Positions 1-10,483 of a DNA stretch of 64,000 nt are shown here, piece after piece (within the stretch, counting starts at the first letter, position 1; each line of letters begins with the position of its first letter). A program made the position numbers and the translations under genes. The notes beneath the pieces are model-generated. The model made no database searches. It was not told where the DNA came from and worked only from the letters and a program-made list of their open reading frames with translations. Source of the stretch: Fimicolochytrium jonesii (Eukaryota); the NCBI RefSeq assembly GCF_025526975.1, contig NW_026515678.1:124001-188000 (forward strand). Direction: 5' to 3'.

Positions 1-727
1 CGAACAAGGGTACGCTGTAATCCTCGCAGAAGACGGTGAACTCGCCGTCTAATGAGACGCGGGAACGGGCGTTTGTGCGCTTGATGATGCCAGAGTCGCT
101 GCCGATTCCGGTGAAGCCGAGTTTGGATTTGGATGAGAGGGTGGTTGTGGAGATGGACACTGGGAGTGGGGTGGTGTTTCTTGTATGTGATGGTGGGTAA
201 GGTGATGGGTCGATTGACGGGGATGAGGTCGTTTCGGAAGATGTTGACGTGTTGTCATTGGCGGGAGTCTTTGGAGTGGAAGTCTGTGATGGTCGCGACA
301 ACGCAGCTCCAGGGAAGAAGTTCATTGCCGTTTCTGCTGCAGAGGCCAGATGCGCATCGGTATCTGAAACGATTCTTTTGGCGCCCATGATGGTTGCCCG
401 CGAAAGAGATCCCGCCGCTCGCCTCACCGCATGTGTCGCAGCCGATACCGGCACGCCACCGGGCGCACATGTAGTCAGTGGGCCAGCGACAGGCGTCGAT
501 CCGGACATGTTCACCCCGAGCGGGACAGACAGCCTCTTCTCGGCATCGGCGGTGAGTAGCGACGAGGCGCCCATCGATGGTTTCATGAGCACCTCATTTG
601 CGAAAAAGCTAGGTTTGTTGGGGGTGGCGGTGTCGGTGTTACCATCTGCGCTCGTGCCGCCGGTTGATGTGGGCAAGGGAGATGTCAACGACGACGGTGG
701 TACAACCTCCAATATCCGTGGCAGCAT
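1..727 (-). CDS. 5' part of an unknown protein (Ser/Thr/Pro-rich N-terminus); continues beyond the window start
   Basis: Open frame from ATG at 727 to the window edge with no stop (MLPRILEVVPPSSLTSP...GFTGIGSDSGIIKRTNARSRVSLDGEFTVFCEDYSVPLF). Absent from the ORF track because it has no stop. An upstream GT-AG intron (~801-877) suggests a spliced 5' UTR. Confidence 0.65.
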   Translation of the reverse strand, partial: MLPRILEVVPPSSLTSPLPTSTGGTSADGNTDTATPNKPSFFANEVLMKPSMGASSLLTADAEKRLSVPLGVNMSGSTPVAGPLTTCAPGGVPVSAATHAVRRAAGSLSRATIMGAKRIVSDTDAHLASAAETAMNFFPGAALSRPSQTSTPKTPANDNTSTSSETTSSPSIDPSPYPPSHTRNTTPLPVSISTTTLSSKSKLGFTGIGSDSGIIKRTNARSRVSLDGEFTVFCEDYSVPLF

Positions 728-3339
728 TTAGGTAGCACCGGACAATTTGTTTCCTCTACTATCCGTACGAGGGTATGACAGGTAGTAACTTGAGACGAAA
801 CTGGAAATGGGAAAGATTGGTGCATGTTCAACGACGGGAACTCAATAAAGAGAAACAATTCCAACAATGACACGTACCTTGGACAGTAGAAGATGTTCGA
901 GCAGGTCAGTCGTCGGAACGGTCGGTGGCGCGCGGACGGGACTTCTTCTTCAGCAGTGGCTGATATTAGCTCAGCGCCTTCTCCTGCGCAATGAAAGTTC
1001 TACTAGACCTAACGATGCTCATAAACTTGGAACAGGAGAAAGGGGAGGATATGGAGTTTCGCGTGTAAGTCTTGCAAGCACGTTGGATGAGGCGAATATG
1101 TTTGAGCTTTGCGACTGTACCAAAAATGTTTGTGGGAATGTCCAGAGGTTCAGCAAGAGGGTGAGCCGACGGCCTGCGAGCCTATATGGGGCCGAACTCG
1201 ACGGAACACGTTTGACGGCACGATTTCGTCGTCCCGGAAATCTTGATCAGCGTCGATGTGATGACTGGGTATAGCGGGCAGAGCGAGTATGATCGGAAGA
1301 ACGTTCTTGAATGATGCAACCGGATGAATCGAGCGTCGTTGGAGCCCCCGACCAGTAGTGGCGAGAACGTTAGGGTATGCGGTGAGATCTGCGAAATATG
1401 AAGGGAAGTATATATCTAATGTGGGAAAGGAGAAGGAGGTGGGATGGGAATTTGAGTTCGATTTGTGCAATGTCTGCTGGTGATGGGGTGGGGGGCCCGA
1501 CACTCGCGGCTTTCAGAGATAGTCTGATTGTCCCCGTTAAACAGTCGTGTGATGAACACTTTGGCGGCAGAATAACCAACTGGCGGGGTCTCCACAGACT
1601 CTGACGTTCGATGAGGATTGCCAAGACATGCGATGCCCGGAGAGCCTGTGTTTAGACACAGCACTCATGTCAAGCACAACGGCCGCAGTGGCCATGCGCA
1701 TCCCCCTCCATCACGTTCACGAGTTCCCCAGCCGTCTCCTTGCCCGCGGTTCCGACAACAAGTCCTTAGTGCTCGCTGTCTGTTCTGAACCACCCCTTGA
1801 GCAGGTGTGCGGGATGTCTTGTCCCGTCCCACAAATCCCTCTCATGCCATATGATGATGTGCCACCAGGGAAGTCCCCGACGCCGACGAGATTCGCGCTG
1901 TCGATTATCCCGTGTCTCGTGCGCAGAGCGTTGTCATCACCGTCGGAGTGCAACTGCCACGTCAGCGAAGTGACATGCACCAAGATGTCGCCTGGGAGAA
2001 TTGCCCAAACCGCGCCGACATTGAGCATGGCCGATCTCGACCTCCCGTACATGCCGAGACGAGGCGAGATATATGGAGTCTCGTACCCGTTGACGGCCTC
2101 CAACGTCTGAACCATAGGGTGGGAAAGTCCACAACCCCATTGACTTACCGAACAGTTATTTATCGTTCGCTTGCCGAGAGAGAGCGCTCAGAGGCGGCCG
2201 AGAGCTTGAGTGATAGCCAGCCTGCACAGCGGAAGAGGGGCTGTTAGCTGCTGTGAGGTGGGATGCTATCAGCCTTTGCTGTCCCAAAGGGGGGTTGTGG
2301 TGAGTTGTGTTGGGTTGTCGGATAGGGCGTGGGAAGATGCGTTTGTCCGAAAGTCCTTTTCTCCCCTCTCCAAATTGACGCCGAGATGTGACCCCGTGAC
2401 GATCTCTCGCTGCCATTGCGCGTGCCCATAATCCCACAGTATTGCCCCCCAACCAACCCCACCCTGCCGCGTGCTTGGCGTTTCTCCCTACCTTATTATT
2501 GCCTTGGCGGTTCCAAGGCTACGATGGTGGGTGCAGGATCTTGTATACCAAAAGAGAAGTCCGTTGACAAACATGAAAAAAAGTGTTTTTCTTCGTCCCT
2601 TTCCCCACATTCCTTCTTCTTTATAAGACGGGAAATACCCAGCCGCCTCCTATGGGAGGCACCCAAAACCCATAATGCTCGGTCCTTGGGTGTCAGTCGA
2701 CACTTGATTCTTGGCTCTGGTGCAAGGCGGATTGCAAAGAAACTCGCGCGTATGCGAGGTAAGCATTCACGGCATGACGCGCGGGAAGGGGAACCGTGCA
2801 GAACAACATACCCCCATGTGACTGTCAGCTGCTTTTGTTTGCGGACTTTTGGGCTCGGCGCCCAGAACTGACGCAGCTATGCGGTGATGGATCATCGCTG
2901 GCATCGAGATTGGGTTCGAGGAGCGAAAGTAGATGTCAGAATCACTAACTGGGCCCTGCGTTGGAAATAAGAGTAAGCTTCAAGGTTCGGCAAGTCGGAA
3001 AGCGGAATCCGTCCCAACAACGAGTTTCTGAACTTTCCTTCAGAACACCAAACAAGTCTCATTATGGAATGGGCGATCCCGATGGGTTGCGGCAAGTGGT
3101 CAAGGGAAGTGGGGAAATTCACCGCTGCTGACGATGCTTCTCTTTACACATCCCCTCATAATCATAATCGCATCATGACTTCATCGGAAAGTTTACAGCT
3201 AGTCACACGACAGTTGTGTGCAAACCTTAGCCTTTAAATGTATTCAACGTGTAGTTCTAGAAAACGTAGTTCACAAGGACGAAGTCCGACCACAAAGAGT
3301 AGGGTTATGCAACTAATATATGGGCACGTGAGGGCACGG

Positions 3340-3405
3340 TTAGGGTTAGGATTCGGGTTAGGGTTCGGGTTCGGGTTCGGGTTAGGGTTCGGGCTAGGGT
3401 TAGGG
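3340..3405 (+). repeat. Interstitial telomere-like array: 11 hexamers of TTAGGG/TTCGGG variants
   Basis: ttaggg ttagga ttcggg ttaggg ttcggg ttcggg ttcggg ttaggg ttcggg ctaggg ttaggg read directly; flanked by AGGGCACGGTT at 3331-3341 and 3402-3412. Confidence 0.9.
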
Positions 3406-4278
3406 CACGGTTCCCTAACAACGCGTCCGACACTTGTCCACCTCTGCCCACTTTCTTCGCACCCGTAGAACGTAACAAAGAGCAGCTTGCACACTCCAAC
3501 AGGACCCTGCAAGACGGATCCAAGTTCAACACGCCCCAGCCATTCCTGTTTCTCAGAACCAAAAGTATAACGAACGTCCTTGCGATCAAATATGATGGAA
3601 GACGAATGCCATGCGCTCCCTCCACATGCGGCGATCAAGCTTATAGCGCGGAAGCCGACATCAACTTTGCTTTTGTCGCGGGTGATCCCGCAGGAGGTCT
3701 GTCGTAAAACGTCTTAGTCAGCTCGCTCTTCCCATATTTTCCCGTCAACTCTTAGACGTTGGGAATTATCTCCTTGTTCATCCTTCCTATAACCGCGGCC
3801 GTGTCCAGCTTTCCGAGCACTTTTGAAGACATTCCGGTTACTGTACTCCGCCCAATGTCGCGATATAATCCCCTCGCAGTAGTGTCCGCGTGTATACGCT
3901 GTGGGTTGGCGTTTGTGATGCCTATTAGTGAGGTTGAGGACTGGCGACGAAGTAATGGGGTGGTGTCGGAGTTGAGACTGTACGGGGGTCAGGATGAGGG
4001 AGAAGATGGTGCTGGCGAGGAGCTGCCACGGAGGTGAAAGGCAATGAAGGGAGGAGCTGGCGGATCTTGGAAGAAATGTCATAAGGAGGCGTGTAGTTCA
4101 AAGTCTTTTTTCCTCATGCGTACAATATATGTGTTGCGCACCATTGGCTCCTACTCGTCAATATAGCTGCAGTAGTATTCTATCGTTTACCTCGGGCATA
4201 CATCTGCGATCCCATGAAGAAACTACATATATACAAACGAGAAACACCCTACAGCAAAGCCTATTAAACTGAATTTGT

Positions 4279-6737
4279 TCACTCGTGCGCTTCATCTGCC
4301 TGCTCCTGCCCATCATCTCCACCCTCCTGCGCATCCGCATCAGCATGGTCGCCTTCCTGCCCATCCGCATGCGCACGGTCACCCTGATGATCCACATAAA
4401 AGCCCAACAGGGCCTCCTCCACCGTCGTAGTCCGCGTTCGATCGCGGTCGGTACGCTCGGCGCTCTCTGCGTTTTCCTCTTCCTCAGCCGCAGCTGTATG
4501 AGTAGCGGTATCATGCTCGACCGATGCTTCACCGTGCGTCTCATCTGTCACCGGAGGGGTCTCGGTTTCGGTCGACACGGGATCGGGAAGGTCCAACTTC
4601 ACCCGTCGGATCGGCGCGTCATGCTGCTGCTGGCCCTTCCCAGGAGACGGGGGCGGGGGTCCCAGTGCCGGATCCCACGTCCCCGGTGCAAGTCCATTGG
4701 GGTTGATGTAGTTCTGCACGCCGAGGAACTCACACAGGGCGACGGTTTGCGGATTGATGTAAGGGTTGCCTCCACGGACGCGCGAGACTTTGGGAGCTTT
4801 GCCGGGCGGGTCTGGTTTGCCTTTGTGTGCGGGTGCGGTTTGGACAAAGTTGTGGGGGATGAGGAGGCCGTTGGGCTTGGACGAGATGTTGGATTGGACC
4901 CAGGCTAGTTCGGTGGCTATGCGGCTGTGGAGCGGGAGGTGTGAGTGAGCGGGTTTGGTGTGCGATGTGTGAGAAGAACGGGAAACATACTTGGCAATCT
5001 CGTCATCCGCGGGTACTTTCTTCTGGTCCCTTGAAAGACTGAAGAGGTCGTGTGTGGCACGCATTATGGCCAGCCATTCTTCGTCATATGTGAGTTCCAA
5101 CGGTCCGGTGGCTTCTGGGATGTCAATGATCTGCGGAGTTTTGTATATTAGATGAGCTATGATGCCTCTTGGAACTTGAACTACAACATGTAACCTCACC
5201 TGCAAGAAATCGCGACTGGGCAGGCATTTATCCAGAGCCAGGAACTTTGTGTATCTCGCTTTGGATGTGTCGGGAGTGGCTTTGTTGGCTTCTGACTCGA
5301 CGGGGTTCGCAGTAGGTACCGTGGGCTGCGAGGTCGACTCGACTTCAGCGGGGACCTCAACCATTGGGGTGCCCGTCGCCACCTCAACAGCGGCATCACC
5401 CGTTGCCTCGGCATTCCCTTCACCAACACTGCCGTTCCCCTCCGCGGTCTCCGTGCCCACCGCAGCAGGAGGATCTGCCTGCGCCTCGGGTTTGTCCACG
5501 TCCTCCTCCATGTCGCTGGTAATTGCGATCTCATCCGGGTTTTCCAACCCAAGGCCAGCGGCTGTAGCTCCCATTGCAGCCTCACTGCCTGCAGCGTGTG
5601 GCAGCTCCACGGCAGAATCGTGTTTGTGAACAGCGGCAAACTTGACGTGCAGGTGCGCGCTGAACCAATAAGAGGGCTTCAAGCGCTTCAGCAGGAACTC
5701 GTTCGGATAGCTTCCCAATGTGTTTGTATTGATCTGTCAAATGAGACTAGTTTAGAAAATGTCTGATTGGGAGATGTCAAGGGTGCCTCACCTCCCCTGC
5801 CAAGAACGGCTTCACTTGCAGCAGCGCCCGGGTGTTGCCATGGAAAGCGATTCCACGCGGCCAATCATGTGTCAGCATGATGTCCAACGGTCGTTTGATC
5901 TGCTCAATCATTCAGTTGCCATTTCTCTGAAAGCCCCGCTGGTGTCTAGTATCTCACCTGCGCCAATCGATAGACGTTGTACTTGCGGACATGATACACC
6001 GATCGACAATGAGACTCGTTGAAAGGCTGTGTCTCGTAGTACCCTAACGAAGCTGTGTCAGAACTCTCGTACTGAAAGTCTGCGTCTTAATCTGACCGCC
6101 GCTGCTCACCGGAATCATAGTCATGCTTCTTGTAGATTCCCGACAACCCTCCTATCCTCAGCCCGCCGAAATTGACAACCCCAGCAAAGCCCATGTAGTA
6201 GATGTTCTCCGCCACCCAACCTCCGTGGTATCTGCGAGTGTAGTAAGACCCGTCATCAGTCCTCATCGCTTCTAAATGAAGCACCAGCCCTCGTCCGGTC
6301 CGTCTACTCACAGCTCCCAAAGATAATTGGACGCTTCATGGTTCCCGCCAATGAATACGGTGGGTATTGGTGCCTTCTTCTTTCCAGCATAGTACTCCGA
6401 GAAGTTGCCTATCGTCCGGTATCGGTCAGGGCATGCTAGTGAGCCAAGATCACCCTGGTTTCGAATGGACTGCAAACGAGAAGAAAAGGTCGTATGAGAA
6501 TTGCCCTCTTTCTGCAAAGCCCCAACTGTTCAAGCGGCGGTGCACTATGTCACAAGGGAATACACCCTCGCCTTCTCACACAGTGCCTGTTTGCCGTCCT
6601 TCCCCAACACATACCTGAAAGTCACCACATATCAAGAGCAGATCTATGGTGATGTTTTCTGTCCGTTGCAGGTACTTCAAGGAGGCATAGATGCGGTCGA
6701 GCTCGCCGTGGCAGCAGCCCTCTATCGCTATGCGCAT
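4279..6737 (-). CDS. DBR1: RNA lariat debranching enzyme (multi-exon)
   Basis: Spliced exons give [17 protein letters not shown]...[63 protein letters not shown] and [10 protein letters not shown], which are hallmark Dbr1 motifs. Confidence 0.95.
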
Positions 6738-6991
6738 GGTTTAGCTTGTCCTTCGCTCCCTATGCTCCTGAAGCCTCTTCCACCGTATGTGTCGTAGTGG
6801 CTCGAGCCCGGTTTTCAGGCAGGTTTTCAGGAGTGGTTGCCGAGCGAGAGTGAAAGTCCTCTCGGGGCTTCTGCGACTCCCCTCCGACGCGTTTTCGCTC
6901 TTTCCCGCAACTTCGCAATTGCCACCACAACCCGCCAGGCATCGGCCAACAGACTCTTCTGCAGTTGCTCCCAAAGAACGGCCTTTACAAT

Positions 6992-8725
6992 ATGTCAGGC
7001 AGGCCCACCCGTGTCGTCTTCGGTAAGTGTTCTGTTTCTTGCCAGTTTGAGTGGTCTACTTCGCAAAGTTGGCCTAATTGTCGCTTACCTGTGCCTTCTG
7101 TTCACAGTCGGGAACATCCCATGTAAGTTGTCAAAAGCATTGGCGTATCACCGCAGTTTAGCCGCCTTCCCTATACCGGGCGAGATTGAGCGGGTCCGGA
7201 TATTGGCTGGAATATGAGGCTCCTTGGAGACCGTGTATTGAACGAAACTTCGCCATAACAGACGACTTGACCGAAACGCAACTCATCGATATATTCAAGG
7301 AAGTTGGGCCTGTTGTATCGTTCCGGCTGGTGTTCGATAGGGATACGGGGAAGCCGAAGGGATATGGCTTCTGTACCTTCCAAGGTATGTGTAGTCCACT
7401 ACGGCCCAGATGGAGAGCGGAGCGGCAACCACGTCGAGAACTGGGAAAGTTTCTGAGCGTGGAAAACACACCCATTTACAGATGCGGAGACGGCGGCGAG
7501 TGCGGTACGAAACCTCAACAATTACGATGTTAACGGGAGACAGTTGCGGATAGACTTTGCCGAGAGCGATAAGGAGGATCCCGGACCTGGTGGAAACGGA
7601 GGCCCTGGACAAGGGCCGCAATCCGCACCCCAATCATATCAACAACATCAACAACCGCCACCGCCACAGCAGCAGCAACTTCCCCAGCAGATGTATGGTC
7701 AACAAAACATGAACACTCCCCCACATAACACGCCGGTGCCCGCGCCCGTCGCCGCGGGGCCGCCAGCGACGGATGTGATCAATAAGATACTGGCGTCATA
7801 TCCCCCGGAACAGATGCTAGAGGTTCTTGCGCAGATGAAGGTTGGTGGGCCGGACGCCGCGACAGCTGCCCCTGACACCCTGAACATGAAGCTGACGTTC
7901 TCTTGTATATCACAGCTGCATGTCCAAAGCAACCCTGACCAAGTTCAGGCATTGCTCATGGAAAACCCGCAACTCTCATATGCGCTATTCCAGGCACTGC
8001 TTGTTATGAATGTTGTGGATCCCGCTATCATGCAGGTAACAGCCGACCAAGTATCCATGACCTTGATTGATGCTCTCTGATCATCTCATCCACCCTCTTA
8101 CAGCGCATCCTGCAAACCCAAGCCATCACCCCCCAAATGCAAGGCGTGCCACCTCCCCAACAACTGGGCATCCCACCATCAATACCACCCATGATGAACC
8201 CCGCGGCGTTCATCCAGGGCCTGACGGCGGCCCCAATACCACAGCAACAACCGCAACAGCAGTTTGGGAGACCATTGGGTATACCCGCTGGGCTGCCTGC
8301 GGGCTTGGGACTGCCGAACCAGCAACCGATGGGTGGGGCGGGGCCGATTGGTATGTTGACATGAACCTCGTTCGAAAGGCATGGGAGTTATGCTTTGATC
8401 GTGGTGCCTAACTGACTACCCTCGACACGTTTGTGATTGCAGATATGGTACAAGAACAACAAAAGGTAAATTCCCCGCTACTGCTTTCCCATGAGAAGAA
8501 CATTCATAGCTGACCATTTCTTTGCCTCCTCGTACAACTTCCAGCAAGTCCTCCTACAACTCCTCAACCTTACGCCAGACCAACTGCAAGCCTTACCGGC
8601 CGATCAGAGGGAGAAAATCACGCTCCTGGTAGGTTGCTGAAGTCGAGGGGTTTTAGATTCGAACATATTAGAACTCACAACTCGAGGACACTTTGCAGAG
8701 GACACAGATTCTCGGCCCACAATAG
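6992..8725 (+). CDS. CSTF2: Cleavage stimulation factor 64 kDa subunit / Rna15 (RRM, hinge, C-terminal domain)
   Basis: [52 protein letters not shown] (RRM), hinge [20 protein letters not shown]-terminal [32 protein letters not shown]; stop TAG at 8723-8725. Confidence 0.93.
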
Positions 8726-8999
8726 GTTATCCCCGCCGTAGCCCCATGGCTCTGGAGCGAAACATATCCGCGGCAACTATATGGCGCTGTTCCGTAGGTC
8801 GACGGTATTGGGGTCCGCAGAGGGAGTATATTAGGTAGCACATATAGCCTGAAGCTTGTATATAGGGCGTCACTATATATATCTGTCGCAGCTCAAAAGC
8901 CACTTGATGCGTTCTCTAGATCCATGCTCAATGCACGCCTTTCTATCCGCACATCGATTCGCACTGAACCCCCAAGTGCCGCGATCTAAAAAGGCCCGT

Positions 9000-10157
9000 T
9001 CAACTGGAGGGAGCAGGAAGCCACTTCCCCAATACGCCGTCGTCTACATCCAGCGCCCCACCCGGATGCGTCAACAACGCCTCCCACTCCACGCCATCCT
9101 TGATCCCCTCCCCATCGGCCATCAATCGCCAATTCGGGCTATGGCCCCGTTTCAGCCATTTGAAATCCTCCACCTCCCGATATTGATTCGTTGCGGGGTC
9201 TGGTGAGATCTGCGCGAGAGCGTAGAGTTTTGATAGCGGTACGGTAGGATTGGTGGTGTTGGAGGGGAGGGAGGTGACGAAGGTGGTGGGATACGTGGCG
9301 AACCGCAGCCCAGAGCAGTCTTCGATGATCGGGTGTGAGTTGATATGGAGGTAGATATCTGTCCGTGTTGTTGCGTGCATTCGGAACTGTTTTCGAGTGA
9401 CCATACCAAATCGCAATCGTGAGTGAATGGATGTCCCACCTAGGATGGTGCAGCCAGAATGGGAACTCACCTGCCGACACGCAACAACAAACACACACCC
9501 CACGCAGTCCTGAATAAACAGCGATCCGCTGATGGGACCTGTTATCACGAGACAGTGCTGGAGATGGGTGGCGTGCAGCGCCGCGATCGGGGTGCCGAGG
9601 ATCGAGACGACGCAGTGGGTGAGGTTGCTGAGTTTATAGTCTTTTGCATCGTCCTGTGTTGAAGTGGCGGGCCGGATGTACTCGGCCTGCTTGCCGGTGA
9701 TGGCGAGAGACTTGAGGGATGTGACATCCGTCTCATGTCCCGGTGCCGACGCTACAGGGTCTTTCGGGGATGTCGTCTCAACTACGGAGCTTCCCGCCCG
9801 TGACGCCGTTTGTGCCGCGGCCCCATCCACAGCACCCGCCGTATTCACCCCCACGCCCCCACCCACCCTCCCCTTCCGCGCCCCGAAGGTAAATTTCGCC
9901 CTTGGCGCCGTCCCACTCGCCGCTTTGGCCTGCACGCCCTTCAACAGCGCCGCGCACTGCCGCTGATCATACGCGGGCAGGAACACCGTCGCTGCTGTTA
10001 ATCGTTTGCTTAATTCGCTGATTTGCTCGAGGGCTGATTGGCGCTGCTCGGGCGTGGGGGTGAGATCAAGGGTGGTGGTGAGGGATTCGCAGGAGGATTT
10101 GAAGGCGGAGCAGAAGTCCGCGGCGGAGGTTTTTATGTCGGGGTGGTGGGACACCAT
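9000..10157 (-). CDS. TBCC: Tubulin-binding cofactor C
   Basis: FLPAYDQRQ, KFTF, GPISGSLFIQDC..C..VVACRQ|FRMH, SHPIIEDCSGLRFA, VEDFKWLKRGHSPNW; one in-frame intron ~9388-9471; likely start ATG at 10157. Confidence 0.9.
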   Translation of the reverse strand: MVSHHPDIKTSAADFCSAFKSSCESLTTTLDLTPTPEQRQSALEQISELSKRLTAATVFLPAYDQRQCAALLKGVQAKAASGTAPRAKFTFGARKGRVGGGVGVNTAGAVDGAAAQTASRAGSSVVETTSPKDPVASAPGHETDVTSLKSLAITGKQAEYIRPATSTQDDAKDYKLSNLTHCVVSILGTPIAALHATHLQHCLVITGPISGSLFIQDCVGCVFVVACRQVSSHSGCTILGGTSIHSRLRFGMVTRKQFRMHATTRTDIYLHINSHPIIEDCSGLRFATYPTTFVTSLPSNTTNPTVPLSKLYALAQISPDPATNQYREVEDFKWLKRGHSPNWRLMADGEGIKDGVEWEALLTHPGGALDVDDGVLGKWLPAPSS

Positions 10158-10483
10158 CGTGGGAAGATGTGGGTGGAAAAGGGGGGAAACACGGCGAGAC
10201 TTGCCTTCAACACTTCTTGTCAGATCCACAGATTCTGGTACGCGTTGGTAAAATGGAACAGTGTGGTAGACCTTCTCCTGGTCATATCACATGGTATCAA
10301 TGCGACATCAAAGTTCTGAACTTCTGATATAAACCCATGTTTGCCGCGCAGAACTGAGGAATCTACGTACATCAAGCTATCATAAAAAGGGAGAGAGAAG
10401 AGGATAGACCCATTATAATCAGAGGATGAAATGCAGGGAAAATCGTCAATCCTAGTACACTAGAACTACGCAAAGGGTACGCC

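Noticed and set aside
3234..3638. ORF with a PNPNPN repeat
   Set aside because: The repeat is simply the translation of the telomere-like array; no other coding evidence.
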